DNA from: a virus
Taxonomy: Duplodnaviria > Caudoviricetes
IMG/VR virus record: IMGVR_UViG_3300023210_000042
Location: 1 to 54,745 of that record
Length of the DNA: 54,745 nt
Direction: 5' to 3' (one strand)
Shown here: positions 9,191-19,551 of the stretch, piece after piece
Numbering within the stretch: the stretch's first letter is position 1
How the letters are laid out: each line of letters opens with the position of its first letter
Notes under the pieces: model-generated
The model's database searches: none
Seen by the model: only the letters and a program-made list of their open reading frames with translations
Told to the model about the DNA's origin: nothing
Position numbers and translations under genes: made by a program

Positions 9191-9415
9191 ATGGATATAA
9201 GAAAAATATCTGTCGGTCCAGATTATAAATCTGGAGCTATGCATTACTTAGTAGGTCAAGATGTTCTTAACGGAACACACAGGATTCATTTAATTAAATA
9301 TGATTCTGATTTACAGTCCTATAAAATATACATAGAAGAAGATGATGTTGTTATTCTTTGGAAAGAGTTTAGTTCTACTATGCCGGTATCCATTGAATAC
9401 AACATAAACTTTTGA
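9191..9415 (+). CDS. hypothetical phage protein
   Basis: 74 aa, IRKISVGPDYK..AMHY.VGQ; overlaps the start of the next gene. Confidence 0.7.
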   Translation: MDIRKISVGPDYKSGAMHYLVGQDVLNGTHRIHLIKYDSDLQSYKIYIEEDDVVILWKEFSSTMPVSIEYNINF

Positions 9416-9975
9416 AATCACCAACTGACTTTATAGTAACACCTAGAGAAGATAAAAGATATTCCAACACAAAAAATATTGGTGGGATAGATTTTCTTGT
9501 TAGCTCATCTGAAGAAGATGCCAGGTACTCAAACAGGTATGCTGAAGTAAAAGCACTGCCTATAAACTATTGTGGCCCTATAGAAATAGGAGATACCTTA
9601 TTGGTACACCACAATGTTTTTAAATTCTACAACGACATTAAAGGGAGAAGAAAAAGTGGCAAGAGCTTTTTAAAAGACAACTTATTTTTAGTAGACAATG
9701 AGCAGTTCTTTATGTATAAGAAAAATAATGTTTGGCATGCACATGACAGATATTGCTACATTAAGCCTGTTGAAACAAAAGAATCTATTATATTTAAGAA
9801 TACTAAAGAAGAACCCTTAGTTGGCATAGTTAAGATTCCTAATCAAAACTTAATTAAGCAAGGCGTTAATAAAGGAGACTTAATATCTTTTAAGCCTGAC
9901 AGCGAATATGAGTTTGAGGTTGATGGGGAAAAACTATATAGAATGTTTGACCATCAAATAACAATGATATTATGA
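9412..9975 (+). CDS. tandem GroES-fold protein
   Basis: Two GroES-like units: FIVTP...AEVKALP...IEIGDTLLVHH and YIKP...GIV...VNKGDLISF...EFEVDGEKLYRM. Confidence 0.6.
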   Translation: MKSPTDFIVTPREDKRYSNTKNIGGIDFLVSSSEEDARYSNRYAEVKALPINYCGPIEIGDTLLVHHNVFKFYNDIKGRRKSGKSFLKDNLFLVDNEQFFMYKKNNVWHAHDRYCYIKPVETKESIIFKNTKEEPLVGIVKIPNQNLIKQGVNKGDLISFKPDSEYEFEVDGEKLYRMFDHQITMIL

Positions 9976-10253
9976 AATCAAACAGAGAAATTAAATTAGA
10001 AATTATTGATGCAGCCAGAAGGGCTGTTCACCAGTTAATTAAAGTTGCCAAAGAAGATATTATCAAGCCAGACCCTCAAGATGATTTGGCTGCAGATAGA
10101 CTTAAGAATGCAGCAGCTACTAAGAAGCTTGCGATATTTGATGCGTTTGAAATACTAAGTAGAATAGAGGCAGAGAAAGAAGCTTTATCTCTAGCAGAAA
10201 GTAATAACAAAGTAGATACAAAACAAGGGTTTGCAGAACGTAGGTCAAAATAA
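9972..10253 (+). CDS. helical protein, possible terminase small subunit
   Basis: 93 aa all-alpha ORF immediately upstream of TerL; function inferred from position only. Confidence 0.45.
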   Translation: MKSNREIKLEIIDAARRAVHQLIKVAKEDIIKPDPQDDLAADRLKNAAATKKLAIFDAFEILSRIEAEKEALSLAESNNKVDTKQGFAERRSK

Positions 10254-12480
10254 CGACATGTATAAAGTGGTACAAGATTATGTACCTAAATCCGTACTTA
10301 CCAATAAGAATAATAAAAAAAGCTGGGAGTATGGGTATAACAAGAAATACGACTTTGTTTGTATATCTAGAAGCGGCGAGCTTGGGGATATAATAAACAT
10401 ACAAGGTCTTATTATTGGTTTACCTAAACAACCAAAAAAAACATACTCACGCTCAAATAAAAAAGCTGAGCAATACTGGGAAAGAATAGATATCCCAAAA
10501 CCTCTCACCAAAATTCAATCTATATTTCAATGGAATGAAATGCCTAGTGAGTTTAAAAACAACTGGGTTGATTATATAGAGAATGAATTTGACAATAGAG
10601 AGCTAGGATATTGGTTCATGAATAATGGAGTTCCTACATACATATCAGGAGCTCACTACATGTACTTGCAATGGACATCTATAGATGTTGGTTACCCAGA
10701 TTACAGAGAAGCTAATAGAATATTTTATTTGTATTGGGAGGCATGCAAAGCTGACAATAGAAGTTTTGGAATGACTTATCTAAAAATAAGACGTTCAGGA
10801 TTTTCTTATATGGGCTCTTCAGAAAGTGTCAATACAGGAACTCTAGCAAAAGATTCAAGGGTTGGTATACTATCTAAAACAGGAGCAGACGCTAAGAAAA
10901 TGTTTACTGATAAAGTTGTTCCTATAGCAAACAGATTGCCGTTCTTCTTCAAGCCTATACAAGATGGTATGGATAAACCTAAAACAGAGTTAGCGTTTAG
11001 GATACCTGCTTCTAAAATAACAAAGAAGAACATGTATGATGCTGATAAGGAAGAGCTGTTAGGACTAGACACAACTATAGATTGGAAGAACACAGATGAC
11101 AACTCTTATGATGGTGAGAAGTTATTATTGTTAGTTCATGATGAAAGTGGTAAGTGGATTAAACCTAATAATATTTTAAACAACTGGAGAGTTACAAAAA
11201 CTTGTTTGCGTTTAGGAAGTAAGATTATAGGCAAATGTATGATGGGCTCTACGTCCAATGCATTAAACAAGGGTGGAGATAATTTTAAAAAACTATATGA
11301 GGATTCAGCATTAACTAAACGAAACTCAAATGGTCAAACCAAAAGTGGATTATATTCACTTTTCGTACCTATGGAATGGAACATGGAAGGTTTTATAGAT
11401 AGATATGGGATGCCGGTATTTAGAAAACCTGAGGAAAAAACAATTGGAATTGATGGTGAGGTTATTGAAAACGGAGCTATAGATTACTGGGAGGCAGAGG
11501 TAGATAGTTTAAAAAACGACCCTGATGCTTTGAACGAATTTTATAGACAGTTTCCCAGAACAGAATCACACGCCTTTAGGGATGAAAGTAAACAGTCTTT
11601 ATTTAATCTTACAAAAATATATCAACAGATTGATTATAACGATTCCGTTATAAAAGAACACCACCTAACTAGAGGTTCGTTTTCTTGGAAGGATGGAATA
11701 AAAGACTCTAAGGTTATATGGACACCTAACAATCGTGGAAGATTTTTAGTCTCATGGACACCTAACAAAAATCTACAGAATATGGTTATAAATAGAAATG
11801 GCAAAAAGATGCCAGGGAATGAACACCTTGGTGCTTTTGGCTGTGATAGCTATGACATATCTGGAACAGTAGGAGGTAGAGGTTCTAATGGTGCACTTCA
11901 TGGATTAACTAAGTTTAATATGGATGAAGCTCCCAGCAATGAATTCTTTTTAGAATATGTAGCAAGACCTCAAACAGCTGAGATATTTTTTGAAGAGGTG
12001 TTGATGGCCTGTGTTTTTTACGGAATGCCAATACTTGTTGAGAATAATAAACCTAGGCTTTTGTATCATTTTAAGAATAGAGGATACAGGGCTTTTAGTA
12101 TGAATAGACCTGATAAGATTTTTAATAAACTGTCAAGAACAGAAAAAGAATTGGGAGGTATACCAAACTCTAGTGAGGATATAAAACAGGCGCATGCAGC
12201 TGCAATAGAATCATATATCGAAAAGCATATAGGATTAGATATGGAGGGAACTTTTAGAGACTCTGACCTTATGGGTTCTATGCCTTTTACTAGAACCTTA
12301 GAAGACTGGGCAAAGTTTGATATAGGCAACCGAACAAGGTTTGATGCCTCTATTAGTAGTGGATTAGCCATAATGGCTTGCCAGAAGCATTTATATACAC
12401 CTGAAAAGAAAAGCTCAAAAATTTCCATTAACTTTGCAAGGTATACCAATAAGGGATTAACAAGCGATTTAATTAGATAG
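10231..12480 (+). CDS. terL: terminase large subunit
   Basis: Walker A-like LKIRRSGFS, Walker B LLVHDESGK, motif III GST, RNase H-like GCDSYD. ATG at 10258 is an alternative start. Confidence 0.92.
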   Translation: MQNVGQNNDMYKVVQDYVPKSVLTNKNNKKSWEYGYNKKYDFVCISRSGELGDIINIQGLIIGLPKQPKKTYSRSNKKAEQYWERIDIPKPLTKIQSIFQWNEMPSEFKNNWVDYIENEFDNRELGYWFMNNGVPTYISGAHYMYLQWTSIDVGYPDYREANRIFYLYWEACKADNRSFGMTYLKIRRSGFSYMGSSESVNTGTLAKDSRVGILSKTGADAKKMFTDKVVPIANRLPFFFKPIQDGMDKPKTELAFRIPASKITKKNMYDADKEELLGLDTTIDWKNTDDNSYDGEKLLLLVHDESGKWIKPNNILNNWRVTKTCLRLGSKIIGKCMMGSTSNALNKGGDNFKKLYEDSALTKRNSNGQTKSGLYSLFVPMEWNMEGFIDRYGMPVFRKPEEKTIGIDGEVIENGAIDYWEAEVDSLKNDPDALNEFYRQFPRTESHAFRDESKQSLFNLTKIYQQIDYNDSVIKEHHLTRGSFSWKDGIKDSKVIWTPNNRGRFLVSWTPNKNLQNMVINRNGKKMPGNEHLGAFGCDSYDISGTVGGRGSNGALHGLTKFNMDEAPSNEFFLEYVARPQTAEIFFEEVLMACVFYGMPILVENNKPRLLYHFKNRGYRAFSMNRPDKIFNKLSRTEKELGGIPNSSEDIKQAHAAAIESYIEKHIGLDMEGTFRDSDLMGSMPFTRTLEDWAKFDIGNRTRFDASISSGLAIMACQKHLYTPEKKSSKISINFARYTNKGLTSDLIR

Positions 12481-14916
12481 ATGAAAGAAGTTAAAGTAAA
12501 TATCTCATCTGCAGGCTTCCCTAGTCAATTTGTATCAGATGCCGAAAAAGCCACTGATGAGTTTGGCTTACAGATAGGGCAGGCAATACAGTATGAGTGG
12601 TTTAGAAAAGACGGAAATGGCTGTCGTTACTATAACCAATGGAGGGATTTTCACAGATTACGTTTATATGCAAGAGGAGAACAATCAGTAGGTAAATACA
12701 AAAACGAATTAGCTGTAGACGGAGACTTATCTTATCTTAATTTAGATTGGACTCCTGTACCTATACTGCCTAAGTTTGTAGATATTGTAGTTAACGGAAT
12801 GTCTGACAGGCTTTTTAAAGTAAAGGCTTATGCTCAAGATGCGCTATCCCAAGGTAAAAGAAGTAAGTATCAAGATATGGTTGAAGGCCAGATGGCTGCT
12901 AAAGACATACTCTTAGATATTAAAGACATGACAGGAGCAGACCCATTTACAATGGACCCTGATTCTCTTCCTGAAAATGACGAAGAACTTACACTGTACA
13001 TGCAGCTTAATTATAAGCCAGCTATAGAAATAGCTGAAGAGGAAGCTATTGATACTATGTTTGAAGAAAATCATTATGTAGACGCTCGTAAAAGAATTGA
13101 CTACGACTTAACTGTACTGGGGATAGGCTGTGCAAAGCATGAATTCCTGCCAGGTTCTGGAGTTGAGGTTAAGTATGTTGACCCTGCAAACATAGTATAC
13201 AGCTATACAGAAGACCCACACTTTAAAGATTGTTTTTATTGGGGTGAAATTAAAGTAGTTCCAATTACAGAGCTGCTTAAAATAGACCAGAGTTTAACTA
13301 ACGATGATTTAGATAAAATATCTAAATATAGTCAGAGCTGGTATGATTATTACAACACAGCACAGTATCAACAAAACGATATTTTTTATAGAGACACAGT
13401 AACCTTAATGTATTTTAATTATAAGACCACAAAGAAGATGGTTTATAAAAAAAAGGTTACAGATACTGGAGCTAAAAAAATGATAGAGAAAGATGACCAG
13501 TTCAACCCTCCGCCAGAAATGATGGAGGATGGGAAGTTTGAGAAGGTCTCTAAAACTATTGACGTTTGGTATGATGGAATAATGGTGATGGGTACTGATA
13601 TTCTTTTGAAGTGGGAGCTCGCTAGTAATATGGTTCGCCCTCAGTCTTCTTCACAACATGCGTTGCCAAACTATGTGGCTGTAGCACCAAGAATGTATAA
13701 AGGGGTTATTGAATCGTTAGTAAGAAGAATGATTCCATTCGCTGATTTAATTCAGATTACACACTTAAAACTACAACAAGTCATAGCTAGAGTCGTTCCG
13801 GATGGGGTCTTTATTGATGCAGACGGATTGAACGAAGTTGACTTGGGTACAGGTGCGGCATATAATCCAGAGGATGCGCTAAGATTGTACTTTCAGACAG
13901 GTTCTGTAATAGGTAGAAGCTACACTCAGGATGGAGATTTTAATCAAGCAAGAGTTCCTATACAACAGCTAACCTCAAACAGTGGAGCTAGTAAAACTCA
14001 GATGCTTATTACAAACTATAATCATTATCTTAATATGATTAGAACTGTAACTGGCCTTAATGAAGCTAGGGATGGTTCAACACCTGACCCTAATTCTTTA
14101 GTTGGATTACAAAAGCTTGCTGCATTAAACTCTAACACAGCAACTAGACATATACTTCAAGGGAGTTTATATATTTACAGAACACTAGCAGAGGCTCTAA
14201 CGTATAGAGTAGCGGATATATTAGAATACTCTGATTTTAAGGAAGACTTTATAAATAAAATAGGTAAGTATAACGTAAGTATACTTAACGATATATCTGA
14301 TTTATATATTTATGACTTTGGTATTTTTATTGAAGTTTCTCCTGATGAAGAGGAAAAAGCTCAGCTTGAACAAAATATACAAATGGCATTATCTAAAAGT
14401 GATATAAACTTAGAGGATGCTATTGATATCCGAGAAATAAAAAATATCAAACTAGCCAATCAATTACTAAAGGTTAAGCGTAAACAGAAGCAAGAGCGTG
14501 ATGAAAAGAACGCTATGCTTCAGCAACAGATGCAGGCGGCCACACAGTTGAAGTCTCAACAAATGGCAGCTCAAACAGCAATGCAAAAATCTCAAGCAGA
14601 GATGAATGCTAAGATGCAAATTAAACAAGCGGAGATAGCTTTTGAAATTGAGAAGATGAAGAATGAAGCTCAGCTAAAAAGTCAACTAATGGCTGAAGAG
14701 TTTAATTACAATCAACAGTTAAGGGGTATGGCAGAGCAAGCTTTATCTCAAAGAGAGGTTCAAAGAGAAACAGCTAAGGCAGGGCGTATTAGTCAGCAGA
14801 ACACAGAGCAATCAAAGCTGATTAATCAAAGGAAAAATAACTTACCACCTCAAAGCTTTGAATCTAATGAAGATAGCTTAGATGGGTTTGATTTAGCGGA
14901 GTTCGACCCTAGGTAA
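12481..14916 (+). CDS. portal protein
   Basis: 811 aa after TerL; PILPKFVDIVVNG and GLNEARDG motifs; Q-rich C-terminal barrel. Confidence 0.85.
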   Translation: MKEVKVNISSAGFPSQFVSDAEKATDEFGLQIGQAIQYEWFRKDGNGCRYYNQWRDFHRLRLYARGEQSVGKYKNELAVDGDLSYLNLDWTPVPILPKFVDIVVNGMSDRLFKVKAYAQDALSQGKRSKYQDMVEGQMAAKDILLDIKDMTGADPFTMDPDSLPENDEELTLYMQLNYKPAIEIAEEEAIDTMFEENHYVDARKRIDYDLTVLGIGCAKHEFLPGSGVEVKYVDPANIVYSYTEDPHFKDCFYWGEIKVVPITELLKIDQSLTNDDLDKISKYSQSWYDYYNTAQYQQNDIFYRDTVTLMYFNYKTTKKMVYKKKVTDTGAKKMIEKDDQFNPPPEMMEDGKFEKVSKTIDVWYDGIMVMGTDILLKWELASNMVRPQSSSQHALPNYVAVAPRMYKGVIESLVRRMIPFADLIQITHLKLQQVIARVVPDGVFIDADGLNEVDLGTGAAYNPEDALRLYFQTGSVIGRSYTQDGDFNQARVPIQQLTSNSGASKTQMLITNYNHYLNMIRTVTGLNEARDGSTPDPNSLVGLQKLAALNSNTATRHILQGSLYIYRTLAEALTYRVADILEYSDFKEDFINKIGKYNVSILNDISDLYIYDFGIFIEVSPDEEEKAQLEQNIQMALSKSDINLEDAIDIREIKNIKLANQLLKVKRKQKQERDEKNAMLQQQMQAATQLKSQQMAAQTAMQKSQAEMNAKMQIKQAEIAFEIEKMKNEAQLKSQLMAEEFNYNQQLRGMAEQALSQREVQRETAKAGRISQQNTEQSKLINQRKNNLPPQSFESNEDSLDGFDLAEFDPR

Positions 14917-14945
14917 AGTAAATAAATTATAATTATTTAATGTAC

Positions 14946-14953
14946 TATATTTG
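14946..14953 (+). promoter_or_regulatory. -7 promoter element TATATTTG
   Basis: TAnnTTTG 17 nt upstream of ATG 14971. Confidence 0.55.
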
Positions 14954-14970
14954 TACTAAAATTTAATCTA

Positions 14971-16059
14971 ATGGAAATAAAAGTAAAAGAAGTAGGTGTT
15001 GTTGAAGAAAAATCAGCAGTAGAAGTAGAGGAAACTCTAATTGAAAAAGTTGAACAGCAACACGAAGAGCAGACACAGCCAGAAGCTGTAGAGCAAACCG
15101 AAGCTCCAGAGGAAACGCAAGGTGCTGAACTAAAAGAAGAAGAAGTTCTTAATTTTATTAAGAATAGATATGATAAAGACATATCATCGGTAGACCAATT
15201 GTTTGCAGAAAAAGAAAGCAACGATAAATTACCAGAAGATGTGTCGGCATATTTTGAGTATAAAAAGAAAACTGGTCGTGGCATTGAAGATTATGTTAAA
15301 TTAAACAGAGACTTCGATTCCTTAGATGAAGACCAAATTTTAACTGAGTATCTTTTAGCTACCGAAGAAGGTATTGATAAAGAGGATGTTGAGTTGTTAA
15401 TGGAAGATTATTCCTATGACGAAGAACTTGATGATGAATCTGATATTAAAAGAGCTAAGTTAAAAAAGAAAAAGGCAATTGTAAAAGCTAAGAAGTTTTT
15501 CAATGAACAAAAAGAAATGTATCACCAGCCGCTTGAGTCAAGCGCAACTGGTATTTCTGAGGACAATGAAGACTACAAGGCGTACAAGCAATATGTTGAG
15601 AATGCAAAGACTCAGTCAGAAGAGCAGTCTAGGAAAGTAGATTTCTTTGAAAAAGAAACTGACAAGGTGCTAAATCAAGACTTTAAAGGTTTTAAGGTCA
15701 GTATTGATGAAGCTAATTTGTTATACAATCCAGGAGGTTCTGTGGAGGAAATTAGAAAGTCTCAATCAAGCGTTATTAATTTTATTAATAATCATTTGAA
15801 TGAGGACGGATTAGTTAAAAACGCAGCTGAGTATCATAAAGCATTATCGGCAGCAATGAACCCTGACAAGTTCGCAAGGTTTTTTTACGAGCAAGGCAAG
15901 GCAGCAGCAACGGACGATGTAACTAGAAAGATGAAAAACATCAATATGTCTACACGTTCTGCTCCTGAAGTTACTTCTAAAGGAGGAACTCAGTTTCGTG
16001 CAATCAATCCAAGTGAAGGAAAGGGTTTAAGAATTAAGAGTATTAAACGAAAAAATTAA
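14971..16059 (+). CDS. putative capsid scaffolding protein
   Basis: Very acidic, helical, 362 aa, between portal and major capsid. Confidence 0.6.
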   Translation: MEIKVKEVGVVEEKSAVEVEETLIEKVEQQHEEQTQPEAVEQTEAPEETQGAELKEEEVLNFIKNRYDKDISSVDQLFAEKESNDKLPEDVSAYFEYKKKTGRGIEDYVKLNRDFDSLDEDQILTEYLLATEEGIDKEDVELLMEDYSYDEELDDESDIKRAKLKKKKAIVKAKKFFNEQKEMYHQPLESSATGISEDNEDYKAYKQYVENAKTQSEEQSRKVDFFEKETDKVLNQDFKGFKVSIDEANLLYNPGGSVEEIRKSQSSVINFINNHLNEDGLVKNAAEYHKALSAAMNPDKFARFFYEQGKAAATDDVTRKMKNINMSTRSAPEVTSKGGTQFRAINPSEGKGLRIKSIKRKN

Positions 16060-16080
16060 CAACATTTTAAAAATTAAAAA

Positions 16081-17562
16081 ATGGCAGGACAATTATTAGG
16101 CCCAAATACTACTCCGGTAGGACCAGGATTTGCGCTACAGCCAGCACCACAACAAGTGCCGTTGGCTACAAACTATATTACTGATTTCAACTTTTTGAAT
16201 CAGTACTTACCAGATACGTATGAAAAAGAATTTGAGCGTTATGGTAACAGAACTATTTCTTCTTTCTTACGTTTAGTAGGAGCTGAGCTACCAAGTAACT
16301 CAGACTTAGTAAAGTGGGCAGAGCAAGGAAGACTACACACTAAATATACACAAGTTGGTACAGGAGCAGTAGTTGCTGGAGACAACGTAACATTTGATAT
16401 TAACGATGCGTTAGTACCAGACCGAGCTGCAACAGGCTTATCAGCTGGAACTATTGCTATTCGTGTAGGTCAAACTTTAGTTGTTACTAACAATGACGGT
16501 TCAGGAGAATTCAAAGGAATTGTAACAGCAGTAGGTGTTGCAGGAGGATTGAACGCTAACCAGATTAGTGTAGCTTTCTACAATGCTCAAGGTTATACAG
16601 GTGGTACAGGAGCAGGTAATGCTGATGCAACTATCTTTATCTATGGTTCTGAATTCAAAAAAGGAAGCAATGGAATGCAAGGTTCTTTAGAGGCTGAAGA
16701 TGAAATCTTCGACAACTCTCCAATCATCATCAAAGATAAGTATGCAGTATCAGGTTCTGATATGGCACAAATCGGATGGATTGAAGTGACTACTGAGAAC
16801 GGAGCTTCAGGATACCTATGGTACTTGAAGTCTGAGCACGAAACTCGTTTACGTTTTGATGACTACCTAGAAACAGCTATGATTGAAGCAGTACCAGCAG
16901 AAGCAGGTTCTGGAGCAATTGCAGCAGGTGGAGATGTAGGAAACAAAGGTTCTGAGGGTGTATTCCATGCAGTAGAAAATAGAGGAAATGTATGGGCAGG
17001 TGGTAACCCAACTGCACTAGCAGATTTCGATACTATCATTTCTCGTTTAGATAAGCAAGGTGCGATTGAAGAAAACGTACTTTTCTTAAACAGACAGTTT
17101 GGATTTGACATTGATGACATGTTAGCTGAGCTTAACGGTTCTGCTCAAGTAGGTGCTAATGGTACTTCTTATGGTTTGTTTGATAACGACCAAGAGATGG
17201 CATTAAACCTTGGATTCACTGGATTCCGTAGAGGTTATGACTTCTATAAGTCTGACTGGAAATACTTAAACGACCCAACTATGCGTGGTGGTTTAACTGG
17301 AACTGGAGCTGTAAATGGATTGTTAGTGCCAGCAGGTTCTACAACTGTTTATGACCAAATCCTTGGAAAGAATGCTAAGCGTCCTTTCTTACATGTACGT
17401 TACAGAGCTTCTGAAACTGAAGACAGAAAGTACAAGACTTGGATTACAGGTTCAGCTGGTGGTGCAGCAACATCTGATTTAGATGCGATGGAAGTAAACT
17501 TCCTATCTGAAAGATGTGTATGTACTATGGGTGCAAATAACTTTGTGATTTTCCAATCATAA
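16081..17562 (+). CDS. major capsid protein
   Basis: 493 aa; position after portal/scaffold; strongly biased codons; followed by a long hairpin terminator. Confidence 0.85.
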   Translation: MAGQLLGPNTTPVGPGFALQPAPQQVPLATNYITDFNFLNQYLPDTYEKEFERYGNRTISSFLRLVGAELPSNSDLVKWAEQGRLHTKYTQVGTGAVVAGDNVTFDINDALVPDRAATGLSAGTIAIRVGQTLVVTNNDGSGEFKGIVTAVGVAGGLNANQISVAFYNAQGYTGGTGAGNADATIFIYGSEFKKGSNGMQGSLEAEDEIFDNSPIIIKDKYAVSGSDMAQIGWIEVTTENGASGYLWYLKSEHETRLRFDDYLETAMIEAVPAEAGSGAIAAGGDVGNKGSEGVFHAVENRGNVWAGGNPTALADFDTIISRLDKQGAIEENVLFLNRQFGFDIDDMLAELNGSAQVGANGTSYGLFDNDQEMALNLGFTGFRRGYDFYKSDWKYLNDPTMRGGLTGTGAVNGLLVPAGSTTVYDQILGKNAKRPFLHVRYRASETEDRKYKTWITGSAGGAATSDLDAMEVNFLSERCVCTMGANNFVIFQS

Positions 17563-17571
17563 ATTAAATAT

Positions 17572-17616
17572 GTAATTACTACCCTTGTTATTGTGACGAG
17601 GGTAGTTATTACTTTT
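17572..17616 (+). terminator. intrinsic terminator-like hairpin after the capsid gene
   Basis: GTAATTACTACCCTTGTTA-TTG-TGACGAGGGTAGTTATTAC followed by TTTT. Confidence 0.75.
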
Positions 17617-17638
17617 ATTAAATCTAAATTATAATCAA

Positions 17639-18391
17639 ATGAAAAAAAATGTATTGGTCAATAAGACCTATAAACTTACCAAAGACGCAGCGCCACTTTC
17701 TTTTATGCTGCCAACTAGAAACTCAAACAGATATCCTTTAATGTACTTTGATGAAAGTACAGGAACTAACAGAGCCTTACGATATGCAAGAAACCAAAAA
17801 AGCCCATTTGAAGATGAGCAGGATGGTAATGCTATTGTAGAGCCAATTGTTTTTGAAGATGGATTTTTATCTGTACCAAGAACAAATCCAACCCTTCAAG
17901 AGTTCTTACACTATCACCCAATGAATGGAAATAAGTTTGTTGAGGTTAATACTGAGAAAGATGCTCAGAAAGAAATGGATGTTTTGAATGCTAGAGTAGA
18001 TGCTCTTATAGAGGCTCGTCAATTAGACATTGAGCAAGTAGAAGCTTTAGCTAGAGTTTTATTTAATACAGATGTTTCTAGAACCACCTCTTCTGAATTA
18101 AGAAGAGATATATTAATATACGCAGAGCAAGAACCAGATTTTTTCTTGCGAGCTGTAAAAGACCCTGGGTTAAAATTAAATTCTAAAGTTCAAGAGTTTT
18201 TTGCTCATAAGGTATTAATATTTAAAAACAACAAGAAGGATGTATACTTTAATACAGACAAGAATAAAAAGAGAATGGTAAACATTCCTTTTGGAGAAGA
18301 CCCATTCTACGTAGTAGCAGGGTATCTTCAATCTGATGAAGGTATTGAAATATTAAGGTTTCTTGAAAAAAACTTGGATAATAAAAAATAA
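17639..18391 (+). CDS. phage protein of the head module
   Basis: 250 aa ORF after the major capsid gene; IVFEDGFLSVP...LQEFL..HP motif. Confidence 0.7.
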   Translation: MKKNVLVNKTYKLTKDAAPLSFMLPTRNSNRYPLMYFDESTGTNRALRYARNQKSPFEDEQDGNAIVEPIVFEDGFLSVPRTNPTLQEFLHYHPMNGNKFVEVNTEKDAQKEMDVLNARVDALIEARQLDIEQVEALARVLFNTDVSRTTSSELRRDILIYAEQEPDFFLRAVKDPGLKLNSKVQEFFAHKVLIFKNNKKDVYFNTDKNKKRMVNIPFGEDPFYVVAGYLQSDEGIEILRFLEKNLDNKK

Positions 18392-18403
18392 TTATTACAT
18401 TTG
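18374..18403 (+). promoter_or_regulatory. Bacteroidota promoter (TTG-N19-TACATTTG)
   Basis: -33 and -7 elements with 19-nt spacing; points into an ORF-free segment. Confidence 0.6.
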
Positions 18404-18408
18404 CAATA

Positions 18409-18487
18409 GAAGTGTTCATAATAATAAAGGAGCTGATTACTCCAACCAATCAAGAAGAGGCTGCAGAAATGCATCCTCTTTTTTTTT
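18409..18487 (+). ncRNA. candidate small RNA (~75-80 nt)
   Basis: Bounded by a promoter and an intrinsic terminator; no ORF inside; internal GGAG/CTCC hairpin. Confidence 0.5.
18455..18487 (+). terminator. intrinsic terminator
   Basis: AAGAGG-C-TGCA-GAAA-TGCA-T-CCTCTT followed by T7. Confidence 0.85.
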
Positions 18488-18490
18488 ACT

Positions 18491-18498
18491 TATCTTTG
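18491..18498 (+). promoter_or_regulatory. -7 promoter element TATCTTTG
   Basis: Directly after the terminator, 18 nt before ATG 18517. Confidence 0.6.
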
Positions 18499-18516
18499 TA
18501 TTAAATAAATTAACAG

Positions 18517-19551
18517 ATGAGCATAATAAATTCAGTACGAGAAACTGTACTGTCAGTTCTTAATAAAAATAACTATGGGTACATAACTCCTAGTGATTTT
18601 AATTTATATGCCAAGCAAGCTCAGCTAGATATTTTTGAAGATTATTTCTATCAATATAATTATCAAGTTACTAAAGAGAATGCTCGGCAATCAGGAGTTG
18701 GATTGGCAGATATAAAACAAATATATCAAGACGCTATAGAGATATTTTCAGAGCAAGAGTTTCTTGTTCCAGTATATCTTAATGGCGCTAGTGAGGTTAT
18801 TGTTTCTCCATCCGCAACATCTACTTACAGTGCACCTACAACAGCTACCACAGGCTCTGACTATTATTTAATAAATAAAGTTTTACTACTAACAAGATAC
18901 TTAGTTGATAATAGTACTAATACATTATCATTTACTCAAGAGTTGGTTGATAACACTAAAAACTTTTTTGCGTTAGGAGTTCAGCCAGGTGATGTTGTTG
19001 TAAATTTAGACACTGGAGATACAGCTAATGTTAGGTATTTAAGCCCATCGGCTACCGACACCTTGACATTAGATAGTAATATTTTTCCAAATGCAGGAGC
19101 TGAGTATACAATTCTTACGACTATGCAGGGTGTGAATGAATGTGAGAAAGTGACAAATAAAAAAATCACACAGCTTAACATGTCTAATCTAACCAAGCCT
19201 ACGGAGTTATTTCCGGCTTATTCTCAGAATGGAGAAGTTATACAGATATACCCTCAAAACTTTCAGTGGGGAGCAGGTGTAATAAACTCTGGATTAACAT
19301 CAGCCGGTAGAATTCTATGTCAGTATATTAGATACCCTAAAGACCCTAAGTGGACTTACGCTCAGTTAGTTGGAGGAGAACCTTCTTTTAACCAATCAGA
19401 TGCTCTTTATCAAGACTTTGAAATACCTCTTGAAGACGAACCTACATTAGTAAATAAGATATTACAATACGCAGGTATGTCAATTAGAGAGGTATCGGCA
19501 ATACAGTTTGGCCAGTCGATGGAGATGAGAGAAACACAAAATGAAAAATAA
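18517..19551 (+). CDS. head-tail adaptor/ring protein
   Basis: 344 aa; N-terminal LNKNNYGYITPSDFNLYAKQAQLDIF and C-terminal YIRYPKDPKW; position in the tail module. Confidence 0.65.
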   Translation: MSIINSVRETVLSVLNKNNYGYITPSDFNLYAKQAQLDIFEDYFYQYNYQVTKENARQSGVGLADIKQIYQDAIEIFSEQEFLVPVYLNGASEVIVSPSATSTYSAPTTATTGSDYYLINKVLLLTRYLVDNSTNTLSFTQELVDNTKNFFALGVQPGDVVVNLDTGDTANVRYLSPSATDTLTLDSNIFPNAGAEYTILTTMQGVNECEKVTNKKITQLNMSNLTKPTELFPAYSQNGEVIQIYPQNFQWGAGVINSGLTSAGRILCQYIRYPKDPKWTYAQLVGGEPSFNQSDALYQDFEIPLEDEPTLVNKILQYAGMSIREVSAIQFGQSMEMRETQNEK

